A stretch of DNA of 62,992 bases, filler included, from Basidioascus undulatus (lineage: Eukaryota): the NCBI GenBank assembly GCA_000826855.1. It is 3 parts of 3 records of this genome, joined end to end, with 100 filler letters (N's around TTAATTAATTAA, not from the genome) between each part and the next. Parts side by side here need not be neighbours in the genome. Positions count along the whole stretch, not along the records: positions 42,088 to 62,992 come from JTLS01000356.1; 2 more parts are not named here. One strand, 5' to 3'. The translations under genes and the position numbers were made by a program. Each line of letters starts with the position of its first letter. Positions within the stretch are counted from its first letter, which is position 1. Below, piece by piece: positions 49,658-61,787 of this stretch. Under the pieces are notes generated by a model. That model did not search any database, was not told the DNA's origin, and saw only the letters and a program-made list of their open reading frames with translations.

Positions 49658-52600
49658 TTAGTCAGCCAAGACCAGCACGAGCGCCGTCATGGCGGGAATA
49701 TAAACCTGGCCGTCCCATCCTCATCAGTCCTCATCCCGTCAGCCCATGCCTACCATACCGAACAACGCACCTTGACAGCACACTCATACCCATCGCGGTC
49801 CGCTTTTCGGTTCTCCTTCTCGGTCCTCTCCCTTCCGTCTTCCTCCGCTTCCGCCACCTCGAAAGTGAACCACTCCCCGCCGCGCACGTCCACGCGTCCC
49901 TGCCCGCCGAACCGCGTCTCGTCCGTGCACAGCAGCGCGCGGTACTTCCCACGCGCGGGCATGCCGATAGGCTCGTCCGCGTAGGAGGCGGTAGGGTGAA
50001 GGTTCAGAATGAAGTTCGTTTGAGCGCGGTGGAAGACCAGGAGGCGGGTGTCCTGCTCGAAGGAAAGGGAGTTTCGTGAGCTTGTGATCCTTCTGCATCT
50101 CTGCGAGCACGCCGCTTACCTCGTCTTGTCGGGACACACGGGCCTGCATCAAGACGAAACATCAGCACCCATCCCGCTCACCCCCTTTCGAACCAACTCA
50201 CGAATCCCTCAGTCAACCACCCCCTCTCTTCCTCCGCGCCATTCAGCGCACCGTCAAACTCGTCCAAATACCGATAGCGCAAGCGGTCGTCCGACGCGAG
50301 GCCCCATCGGCGGAAGGCATGCGCGTACGAGTGCCCGTTCTTCTCGGAGGGGAAGGTGAGCCACTGGGGGCGACGTAGGGACGTGGTGTCAGCGCCGCCG
50401 AGCATGAATAGGGATATCCGATGAAAGGTCGAGGCGAAGCGAGTACAATGCGAAGAAGAGGGGTACGAGGGAGGGACACACCTCGGGGTGGCCGAACTCG
50501 TTGCCACAGAAGTTGAGGTAGCTGTGTCAGGGACTGTTGAGTGGAACGCTCAAAGCGAAGGACGATTGCGACGAAAGAACTCACCCTTCGCCCGCGTACG
50601 CATGCGTGATAATCCTGCCCAGCCCAAGTACGAGCATGAGTATCAACCCCTTCCGCCTGCCCCAAGCCGCATTGCCAGTCACTCCAAACGTACCTCACAA
50701 GCTTCAGCACCTCCACCGCCTTCTCCCCGACCCACTCATCCTTCCCGCCGAGCCTCATCTTCTCACCCCACTCTCTCGCAACCAACCACTCCGAGATCGT
50801 CTTCCCGCCCTCGATGCACTGATCGTGCGTTTCGCTCGCAGCCACGCCGCGCTCGCCCAGCCCCACGCGCCGGTTTCCCAAGCCGCTCACGATCTCCCTC
50901 AGCGACCATGTGTGGAACGGCTGTGGGGGGCCGGCCGAGAAGCGGTCGAAGAAGAAGTCGGGGACGTTTAGGAGCAGGCGGTGCGTGAAGCCGACGCCGC
51001 CCGAGGAGAGGGGGAGCGCGAGGGTCGGGTAGCCGGAGAAGTCCTCGGCAAGGAGGGTGAGACGAGGGCCGGGCAGTGAGGTGAGGACGGCGGTGGCCTA
51101 GAGTTGGGGAAGAGTTAATAGAGTCAAAAAACGTGAGACGGAGGGGACAGAGACGGACGAGGTAGAGGTACGTCAGGCCGGGAAGATAGACTTTGGATTT
51201 GGTCGGGGAGAAGTATTCGTCGTAAGAGCCAGAGAAGGGGACAAGGCCATAGTGCTGATAGCTGAATTTGGATGCGCCAACCAAGGTCAGCCACGACAGC
51301 GGCCGCAAAGAGTGAAGAGAGGAAAGGGATGCTGGCGCAAACTCACAGGAGGGCATTCACGCCGTCGAACCTGAAACCATCGAACTGAAAGACCTCGACC
51401 CAGTATCTTAGGTTGGTCAGCAAAAGCCTGAGCACCTCCCTCTTCCCATAATCGTACATCCGACTGCTCTTGCCCTCTCGCATCAGCAGCGTTCCACCCC
51501 ACCGCCTCCCTCCCTCGCAACGCACCTCCCCCAAACGGGATGCCACCCTCCTTGAGCCGGCGAGCGGAAGTACCCTTCCCCTCCCGTGGGCCCGTCGAAC
51601 CCGCCCAGCCCCTCCTCGAGGTTGGCGCACGCGTGCGCGTGCACAACGTCGAGGATCACACGGATGCCGAGCCCGTGGGCGGCGTCGATCAGGGACGCGA
51701 GCGAGGAAGCGGGGCCGAAGCGCGAGGAGGGCGCAAAGAGGGAGGTAACGAGGTAGCCGTAAGATGCGTCTTCGAGGCACGGGGATCAGTATAGACACAA
51801 CACCAGCATTGAATGGTGGGGGTGATGAAGAGAACGGACAGTACGGGTGCTCAGCTACACCCTTACTTGTGTGAACAAGTTAGTCTGAACAACTCCACGG
51901 AAACCAAGAGACACGAGAAGTAGCGCACCATCAGCTGAATCGTGTTATACCCCAACTTCTCCACCCGCTGCAGCACGTCCCTCTCGAAGTCCGCCCACCC
52001 GCCGACCCGTCCAGGCTCGCCGACGCACACGCCCACGTGCGCCTCGTAGATGCGCAAGCTGCGCGGGGGCGGCGGGCGCGGGTGCTTGAACGTGTACCCG
52101 CCCGCGGGGCGCGGGTCAAAGTACGCGGTGAGGATCGGGTCGCCTGAGGGGCTTGGGAGGGGGTGAAGGACTGTGGAGTAGGCGGGCGTGCGCAGGAGGG
52201 GTGTCCGGGAGAAGGGCTGGACAATGTGCAACTGCGAGGGACGCGGGCCTTCAGAAGAAAAGATGGGACGGGAGAGAAAGGGACGGCGCACTTTGATTGG
52301 GGTCCCCAGTGGGATTGCCGGGTCGCCGGAGGGGAGGGGCGGAATCGTGATGGACCACCGTTGAGGCTTAGTAGCATCGCGGGCAAGAGGGTGCGCAAGA
52401 GGGTCCCATTTATCTAGTGTTCAAAGGAAGCCAAGGATGAATGATGAGATGGAGACGGAGCGGGGAGGGAGAGGGGACCGACTGAATTCGCCGATGAGCG
52501 ATGCGGACGTCGGCTCGGAGGGTATCCATTCGCTGTAGGTTATCGTGTTGTCTGGGACGATCTGTGGGAAGAATGGACCTTGATCAGCGTATTTCCGGTA

Positions 52601-53068
52601 AGATTGGGGAAGCTGGTGCTTAGAAGCGCAGTTGGCAGGGTCTCGCTGAGAATCCAGCACCCGCTCTGAGCTGCCGCGCTATTCCAACAGCCAGCAACAG
52701 CTTGAACCGTATATGCAGCGCTCATAGAATGTTCTCCTTGGCCCCCTGCACCTCCCGGTCTTCCACCCTCCTCTCCACAGACGACACAGACGACTCACCC
52801 GCAGGCCCATGCTATCCCACGCCTTTGTGAACCCATCCAACCCTCCCTCCTCATCCCCCTCTATTCTCCCCAGCTCGCTCTCAAACATCTCATACCTGAA
52901 TCACACCCCGACACCACAGGTCAGTCTCCCCCTCGCCTCCTCCCTGCTCGAAAGTAAGCCGCCGAAGGCGCACCGCTCGCGCACGACTTCCTGGTGAGGT
53001 GCGAGATTCGGGTCATGCGAGAGCGCGGAGAGCCCGTGCTCGGTATCTAAAGATGGGGATAGAGACAT
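49658..53068 (-). CDS. 1,4-alpha-glucan branching enzyme homologue (GH13_8, Glc3/GBE1 family), divergent
   Basis: [63 protein letters not shown]. Start [12 protein letters not shown] at 53068; end [15 protein letters not shown] at 49658. Confidence 0.92.
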
Positions 53069-53464
53069 CTATGCCAAACTCTAGAGAATAAACAATAAAG
53101 GATGGGAGGAAGTCGAGCTGGATGTTGTGGAAGGTAGCAAGGCGCAGGAACACGTTGAGATTTCGAGTCGGGGAAGCCGCCGGCCGGCATCTGGCGATGC
53201 TGGGGGCCGTGCTCGCACTGCAGTGCTGGAGTGCTATCAATTTTCCACTCCAAGTCTCTCACAGTGACACTGCCCGCACAAGATCTCCGTAAGCGCTACA
53301 ACCTGTTCAGAAGAAATGACATAATCTTCCGGTGCGACACGAGGACGGCCGCGTCCCTCTGCATCCTGCTCTTTAGAGCACACGAACCTTTGCATAGGCT
53401 CGCTCATCCTCTAATAACAGAAGCGCTTAAGGACTTGAGACGCGAACTGAAAAGCAAGGGGTAA

Positions 53465-54720
53465 AGGTGGGGTTACTGCCTCTGTGTCTGCCTTCTCCAC
53501 GCGGCCCCGCACGGTCGCATAGATTCTTTTTGGACTCTGTGCTCCAACGCAGACCCAAGCAGACCGCTTTTGTACATCATGCCCTGCCAGTAGTCAGTTT
53601 TCTTTGACTTTTTCAAACTCTGTCAGTCAGTTTCTTGGGGAAGACAAGTGCTTTGCGCTTTTGAGATCCTGGACCCCTGGTACTGCCTTGGGTCACCAGG
53701 CCAGTTTTGGTGTTGGGATATACCTGCCTCAGCCGAGCTCAGGAGCCATAAATGATAGGTATGAGATCATTTATGGCCCATCCTGTCCTCCTTGGTATTC
53801 AAAATGTTGGTCCGCGTGACATGATGGAAAATCTTGAATGTTTCAGTACCACTTCCTACAGCTCAACTTCACAACCCTCCCCCCATGTCATATCTCTCTG
53901 CCTCAAAGGAGGTTTACGTGTGAATTAACTTTCCCTCCCGGAAAAATAATGAGTGCACATCAATTACCGAATACGGAAATGGACCCCACCTTGCCCATAG
54001 AAAATGGTCTACACCAGGTCCCTACGACTACTCACAGCTGTGAGCAAGCCGGGCAAGTGTCAAGTTGAGGACATTGTACTGCATAAAGCCTTTATTAAAT
54101 CTTCATGTGCTGTCCCGAGATCAAACTGGACAATGGAAGAAGATAGGTGCCGGCATCCGATATGGCATATGCGAAGAGCGATGAGGGTTGTGGCGGAAGA
54201 AAGGTGAAGGGAAGGGGAGAGGTGGTCAGACGGACAATGTCAGAATTTTCTCTTGGTTATCTAAAAAACTTTTCGAGGAGGGCCGGGAAAAGATTGGTAG
54301 GAGAGAGGAGAAAAGGAGAGGGAGAGCCCATTCTTCGGGTCCAGCCGTGCACGGTGGCACACCCACAACAGAACATTGCCAGAGTGCCACCACAGACCTC
54401 TCCTTGAAGCTCTACATCTTTCTCAAAATCTGGGAGCACATAATGGCTGAGGAGGGGTGTCAGAGTATAGAGGGAGCCGGGCGGGAGTAGGAGGGCAGGC
54501 AACGGGCACAGGGTGGCTGTGTGGATTCCGCGAGGGCTTCGAAAATACATCTTTTCTTGGACGCTGAGCGCTTCTTCCATTTTGCACATTCTGAGCCTTC
54601 TGCCCCAATTCTCCGTGCTTTTGTGCAGGGGCTAACCACTCGTAAGATCAGAAGTAACTGAGGGGGGGCTTAATTTGAACTTAGTAGCCTCGGTATGTGC
54701 CCAACCCCATGAGAAGGGAC
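53465..54720. other. CpG-depleted non-genic segment, possible decayed transposon relic
   Basis: Visibly few CG and many TG/CA dinucleotides relative to the flanking genes. No recognisable TE protein motif or terminal repeat. Confidence 0.3.
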
Positions 54721-56583
54721 GCACGTACTAGGCAGAATCCACAGCGTTCGCAGTCTCGTCTGCGCCCTGGCTAAGGCCCCTTGCACAACGAGCCCCTCTT
54801 TGCATGATCACTCAAACAGCAGCCCAATATCAACAGGAAATTAAGTCGTACGCTCTAATGTGTGTGAAAGGTAGCAACTTACGAGGTGTTCGGTGTGCTC
54901 GCCAGTCGATGGACGTCCCAGTGGCAGTGTGATGTTGGCAGCTGCGAAGTTGCTGTGCTTCGGACCACCATGGAGGCAATGCACGCTTGATAATCAGTAA
55001 AAATGTTTTAATTATCTTTCTGTGGCAGCTTGAACTTGCCCAACAGCCCTATAGCAGCGTCGTTAGTAGGCGAACATGCGTGTCGCCATGCCTTCCGAAC
55101 CAGACTGTGCCTTCATTGGAGCCTCTCCAGAGCCAGGGGCAAGGGATGGAACTGAAAAGACTTTGGGTGTACATCCGACCATTGTCATCGAGAATCTCTG
55201 TCCACCGTTCCAAGAGAACAGTGAACGGACTGCAGGTGCGACAGGCTCAGCCAGTCGGCCATGTAGACTGCTCCGGAACCAGCCTGCAAACTTCCTGCCC
55301 AAAGCATATGAGTATCTTACAAATCACAAGAGGGATACGCTGCTGGGGTTTACCGATGCCAGTCGGGCTGAGCGAGCGTACCGCGGCCGGAGGGCTGCGG
55401 CCTCTCGCCTAGATGTCAGCTGCAACGATGGTCCGTCCACCTCTACACCGCTGACCGGATATGATTTTCTGAAGTTTTTGGTAGGATGTTTAATCTACGG
55501 ATCCTCAAACAGCGAAAGAGGCCAGCGGTATAAAGCCCCTGCTCACAGTGTCTGCACTTGCCAGCTGCAGCGATCGTGCCTTGTGGGTCTTAGATGTGCG
55601 CACGGAACGTCATGCCTGCCTTCGCAGCACGCTCGTGCATTCTGGCGCAGTTGCGCGCCAGTACAGCGCGGTCAACGACAAAGGCTATGGACGAGGATGA
55701 AAATGGCATCAGAGTGAGACTTCACTCGGTCTCTCCAAGACCTGAGCGCACCCGGGGAGCGCAGCTCGGACAGCCGCTTGCCCACAAAGGCTTTGCGAAG
55801 CTCCTCCGCACAGGCCTGACACATAAGGGAAGGGTGTCAAGGTCTATGTAGGCAGAGACATCGGTCGGTGAGGTCTGGCTCGAGGATGGATGGAAGGTAG
55901 ATGGTGTGCAAGGGAGAAGGCAAGGACGTGTCTGACGTCGGTGGTCCGTCTTAAATATGGCACGGACGCCACGCGACACGTCGAATGGCGATGGCTTGGG
56001 ATGACTCGACCAAGCACCACTACATCCTGACGGCATGGCATCTTCTCGAAAGTTTGATGTACACACTAGGTACTGTTAAAGGTTACTCATATGGAGCAAG
56101 GCAGGCATCCCTCGTGGATGTAGGACCACTGAGGTTGCTGTGCTGACGAGCGGCCAATAGGTTGCCTCAAAGCCATGTTTGTCACTGTCGGCAGAAACGT
56201 CTGATTTGGGAAAATGATTGTTATCTCAACAACACCAGATATTTGTGTGGTTTTTTCCACATCATGAGAAATGGAGAGTCGTCACGACTAGTAACGTGCC
56301 GACAGACAAAACCATCCTCAGGTCGACGCCAAGTTCCGCTATCCTGGTTCGTTGCAGACAATCCAATGTACGGGACTAGTTATTCCAACAATTGTCTCTA
56401 TTTCTGAGTATTTGTTAAAACAAGCCTCTCTATTCGTTCAAGGATGGGTTGGCGTCTTGAAAGAGGCTGCCCTTGAGGAAAGTTGCATAAAGCTGTCTCG
56501 ATACACGCTTCGCGGTCTCACACGCGTCACACAGTCCTGAGGCTCAAACCACAGCTGATTAAATCTATTGAAACCGGCACTAA

Positions 56584-58030
56584 TTATAAGCCCCAGTACG
56601 CTAAGTCTGCCGGCGCTCGCGAGCCTCCGCCAGCTTCTCGTCGGCGTTGTGTTTGTCACTCGTCCACCACCGCTCCTGCTCGAAGTACCAGCTGTCAAGA
56701 AGGTATCAGTCTCAAAATCTTATGCAGCTAGTATCACGATGCAGTGACCAACTGGCACAGCGACTGCGCGAACCAGTAGAGCCACGCGGTGTCCTTGAAG
56801 CCCGCTATCGTCCTTGGCCTGCTCGTCCCGAACTCTGCAAGCGCAGCCTCGAATGCCCGGGCAACGGCCCACTGCTCGGACTCATCCCTCGTCCGGGATA
56901 GGCGGAAAATCAGCGACAAGGGGGTGGTGCAGAGCCTGGGGGTCTTCGTCTTACAGGAACGAGAGGAGCGGGAAGGACATGAAGAACTCGTCGGCTTCGA
57001 AGGAAACGCCGGAAAATTCGAAGTCGAGCAGCCCCGTAGGGACGAGGGTCGTAGGGTCGACGAGCAGGTTGCGCAGATCTGAAAAAGAGAAAGCTTCAGC
57101 TTGCTAGACAAGAAAACATGGAGGTCTCAGCCGGAAACTGCTCACCAAATCGCCGTGCAGAAACGTCGGCCGGTCAGTAACGTTTCGTAAAAGCTTCTCA
57201 AGGCCCTCGCGCTCCTGGACTTCACCGATCGATCCTGTCCCTCACACCGCCATGACGCCAGCCCTTGACGCGCTTATTTCCGTCCGCAAGCGCGAGCTGC
57301 GAGAGCACGAGCCCGCGAAGCGCGTCCGCAGCCGATGCGAAAGGCCCACCCTGTCCGAGCGCGCCAGGCCCGATGGCGACCTCTCCGTGTGGACCGAACT
57401 TGAAGCCGTCGAAAGGGGTGGACGAAGCGGGAGTGCGCACGCTCCGGACGCGATGCACCAGTGGCGCGAAGTTCTTGGCTAGCGCGATGCGTTGCTCCAG
57501 AGGGAGAGTTTCTCACAGCGGGTCCGCTGGAACACCTGAAGTCGTCCGCCGTCAGTTTGCCTTTACTTCGATCCAGTTCCCCACCCGCCAGTGTCGCCGC
57601 TCCATGCATAGACCTGCGGCACCTCCGGCACCGTCTCGCGCACGAGCGCTAGCGCCGCGACCTCCTTTTCGTTTTGCGCGGGACGTCGAGTAGCGCAGCA
57701 GGGTTGGCAATGCGCACTACAAGCTTTCGAGTGTCGGGTGGTAGCGGAAAAGTGCCTTGCTGAGACCGGGGCCGGACGTCGTGGGTTTCGACGGAAGTGG
57801 GAGAAACGTCAACGAAGTGCAGGACGTTATTGGAGCCCTTGCAGGCGGGCTCGATGTGGTCAGCCTTGAGAGGGAAGCCATACAGGGGCCAAATTCAGTC
57901 AATGTAAATACTATGTAAAGAGCGAAGAAAACCTGCTCACAGTCAGGCCGAACTCAATACGCAGAAGGTTAGCGATGAATGCCTTCCGTGCGTTTGGCGA
58001 CGAGACCGGTCCGGTCGGTTGGAGCGTCAT
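56584..58030 (-). pseudogene. APH/choline-kinase-like phosphotransferase, frameshifted
   Basis: KGSNNVLHFV, KLVVRIANP, (frameshift) KEVAALALVRETVPEVPQVYAW, GGPF, PTFLHGD...RNLLVDP...TGLLDFEFSG. Several stops and frameshifts are not explained by introns. Confidence 0.75.
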
Positions 58031-58651
58031 GAAGAGTTTGTGCAGGACGAGGGGTACTGCGGCAAGGAGGAAAAAGTCAAAACCCTCGCACACCAAATAG
58101 CGCAGCGCTCGCGCAAGGTATTTTCCGACCCGGGAGCGCGCCATCCTCGTATCTTTGACAGGCGGACCATCCAGCTGATAACGCAATGCGTTTTAGATCT
58201 TCTGAAGGCCACGCAGCAGACACGTCGCGCTTTCCACGAACTAGATCGAGCGACATAGCCGATACGTAGCCCGGCTGGCGGACTCGTAACAGATGTGCGA
58301 CACTGATGATACTTCAAGCCCACAAAATCCACCGTCGGTATGCCTAGCGAGATACACGCCGGATCTTGCGTCGGAACGGTTGCACAGGTGAGAACGGAAG
58401 ACAATGCGCCAGTCTGCTTTTCGGGGAGGGACGTCGTGTGCTTTGCTTGAGTGTGGGCTGTCACACAAAGCTCCAACACTAGCAGTATCCCACTCACTCT
58501 TAACACAAGCACAACCAGAAAAAAGGCATAGTGTAGCAAACGACGCAGTATCCCAATCCTCGTATCCCCTCACTCCTCTCCTCTTCCCTCTCTTCCTCTC
58601 ACCCTACAAACACACGAAAAAGAACGCATCCCTCGCTCAGCTCAGCTCAGC

Positions 58652-61159
58652 TCAGCTCATCAAGTCCACCAAATCGTCGAACGGGCTCTTTGCGCGCTGC
58701 GGGGGCTGCTGTTGCTGCTGCTGCTGCTGGGCGGCCTGCGGCTGGGGGACGGGGGTGGTGGCCCGGACAGCGGGGGAGGCCGCGCGGAAGGGCGAGTTGC
58801 TTCCGCTTCCTCCGGCGCTGGCGCTGACGGGCGTGGCGGATTTGCCGAACTGCAGGGCGCCCGAGGGGCGGTACGGCGGCTGCTGGAACGCCTGCTGCTG
58901 CTGGAGGGCGAACGCCGGCGCCGGCGAAGTCGAGGAGGGGGGTAGGTTCCCCGCGGCGCCATTGGCGAAGAACGGGGAGGACGTGGCACCAGAAGGGGCG
59001 AGGGAGAACAAGTTGGGGGGGAGGGACGGGCCGGGCGCGTTCAGAGGCTGCTGCTGGGAGGGCAAGGAAGGGGGCGGGCTCGGCGCGGAGAAGAGGTCCG
59101 CGGGCAGGCCGGCGACGGTCGACCCCGACGCGGCACCGTTCGTCGACCCCGCGGGCGGGTCCGTGAGTTGGAGGGCGCCGAACCCGGCCAGCGCGTCTGC
59201 GGCCGCGGACGGAGGGCCGGGCTGCGCCTCGTCCTCGAGATCTAAGTCGATCAGGTTCGGCGGAGCGGCGGCGGCGGGCTTGGAAGAGGAGCCGCCAGCG
59301 GTGATACCTTTTGAGCCGATTCTGATGTGTGCATGTCCCGTTTGGTCAGCCGGACCGTCTTCTGCGAGGTGCGGGGCGGCAGACGCACGAAGGGTCCAGA
59401 GAGAACGTAGCCGAGTAGTCGCCCTTCTTGAACGCGTCGTACCGGTCCAGGACGTTGTTGATGAGGTCGTTGATCAGCAGCAGTCGCTCTGTCCATTTCA
59501 CCCCACCGCATCATTCAGCACATACACCCAGCCGGTAGCAGCCACCGACGGACTGACCCATTAGCTCCGGATCCTCCGTCGACGTGTCCGAAATCCATTT
59601 CTGCAGCTTCGGCCGCGCCTGCTTGCAGACCGCCGAGACTTGCTGTTCGCCCGTACGTCCCACGCTCTCAGCCCCTCGTCTCCTCCAAACCATGTGCGAC
59701 CCCGAACCAACCGAAGAAAAGAAAAGTGAAGGAAGGTGAAGGAAAGGGAACGGTAGACAAGGGAGGTGGGAGAAAGGGGAAGAAGAGAAAGAAACGCACG
59801 TCGTACGCGTCCCCCCTCGCAAACTTCTCGCGCGTCTCGACAGCCTGGTCGAGCATGTCGTTGAGGAGGATCGCCTTGTGCTGGACCTTGTCGAGCTCCT
59901 TGATCGTCTGCGCGCGGTAGTCCGGTTTCCGCTCCGGCTCCTGTGCGTCCGTCCCCCACGCACGTCAACCACCACCACCACCACGTTCTCTTCCTCTCCC
60001 TCTCTCCCTCTCCTCCTCGATCTCCCTCTCCTTGTCCAGATTATGAGGAGAGACGACGTACGTAGCCAGACAGCTGCTTCATCAGTTCCTGCGCCGCAGC
60101 AAGGTCCTTCGGCGTCCCTCGTCGGATGAGCTCTTGGAGTTTCTGTCCCACCCAACCCCACGTTCCCCAACCGATCAGCCCGGACGCGCCCCATCAAGGA
60201 GCGCAGATGGGGACGACGTACCGCCTGCTGCGCCGCGCGGTCCTCCTCCTCCAGCTCCTCGGGGGACTTGAGGTTCTGTTTCCCACCCCCACCCGAGCCC
60301 AGTCAGCGGCTGCGGTGGCGCGCGCTCAAGGAAGAGCAGAGGGACGCACATCCGTAGCCGTTGCAATAGCCGCGTTCCTACTCAACTCCGGGAACCTATA
60401 CCCTGCATCCCCCTCCGCTCTCAGCCTCGTCCTCCCTCTCCCCTCTCCCCTCTCACCTCCCCCTCGCCGCCTGCGGACGAACCTTTGTACCCCAACAACC
60501 TCCACATATCCCTAATATGGACCAGATCCTCCTTCCTCTTCGAGCTCGTGGCAATCCCGTTCTTCCACTCATTAACGAGCTCGAGTGTGCGCCCCATGAC
60601 GGGGCCCGGGTACGCGGGCGGGCGCTCGGGGAAGCGGCGCACGAGCTCGTTTAGGAACTCTTTGGTAGATATTTGGAGGTGGAAGGGGTAGCCGCAGTTC
60701 TTGACTAGGACATCCAGGAGCTGGGGAGAGGGAGTGGGGGGGTGGGGAGGAGGGGATGGGACGAGGGGGGACCCACGTTGAGTGCCAGGAGCGCTTCGCG
60801 CGGACCACCTTGGTTGATGTGCCGCAGGACTTCGACGGACGCTTCTCGAGGGCTACACAAAGAGGATTCAGCATGCGCACGCCGGAAGGGTGGGGAGAGG
60901 GGGAGGCAAGGACGCACGTATTAGCCTTCTTGGCGTTCACAAAGTCCGCGATCTCGAGGTTGAGCGACATGTTCGGCTCCATCAGCGTCGGGTCGCACGC
61001 GCGGTCTTCAGTTCCCCCATCCCCCACCATACCACAACGCAGTGAGTTAGCAGGGAGCCCAGGGAAGGGGAGGAAGAAGCAGGACCTACCGATGTAGATC
61101 CGGAGTGCCTCGGCGGAGGTGCGCGGGGCGCCCCAGGTGCCGAGGCGGAGGGTGGCCAT
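58652..61159 (-). CDS. GGA-family clathrin adaptor (VHS + GAT) lacking the GAE ear domain
   Basis: VHS motifs LNLEIADFVNAKK and LLDVLVKNCGYPFHLQISTKEFLNELVRRFPERPP; GAT motifs KLQELIRRGTPKDLAAAQELMK and LLLINDLINNVLDRY; clathrin box LIDLD; ends SPFDDLVDLMS*. Confidence 0.92.
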
Positions 61160-61787
61160 GTCTGGCGGGCGAAGGGGGGAGGTGCTGATCGAGAGGTTGA
61201 GTAGAGAATCGAAATGAGAAAGAAGGAAACGAGGGCTAAAGAGCGGAGGCGCGAGAAGGGTGGGAGGCGGTGATGATGAGGGTGAGCGAGCGAGAACGCG
61301 AAGTGCGTGGACGTGTGGACTCGCGGCGGCTGTCAGAGCCGCTTGAGCCGGCGGCGCCGCGCGCTGTGTCCTTCCAATGTCGTCGACCTCTTCCCACAGC
61401 ATCTTTATGGTTCTTCTTCTTGATCTCTTTCCCTTTCGAATATTGACGCGAATATTAACCGAAACACACGACAAGAGTCCACTAAACCCGAACCATGAGA
61501 TGCGGAAGGAATTATAAGAACACTCTACAATAGCGTTCACCGAGGGAGGAGGGTACAAGACGCGACGCCAAGTCGGGCGAGGGGGGTATCAAGAGACGGA
61601 CGAGCGGGTACTACGACGACGAGGTGAGGTTTGGCGGAGGGGAACGGAAAGCGGGCAGATAAGAGTGAGTGTTGGGAGAGAGCGCGAGGGGAGGTGAAGG
61701 AGGGGGTATATCACGAAGACAGGAGAACACCGAAAGAAGGGGAAGGAGAGGAAGACTGTCCGACGAGGCGGTGAGAGAGTGAGGGTA

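Noticed and set aside
55076..55717. 213-aa plus-strand ORF
   Set aside because: It has no recognisable motif or convincing exon chain, so I cannot support it as a gene.
58480..58660. GCAGTATCCCA direct repeats and (CTCAG)n around the GGA stop
   Set aside because: This is ordinary simple-sequence slippage in a 3' UTR.
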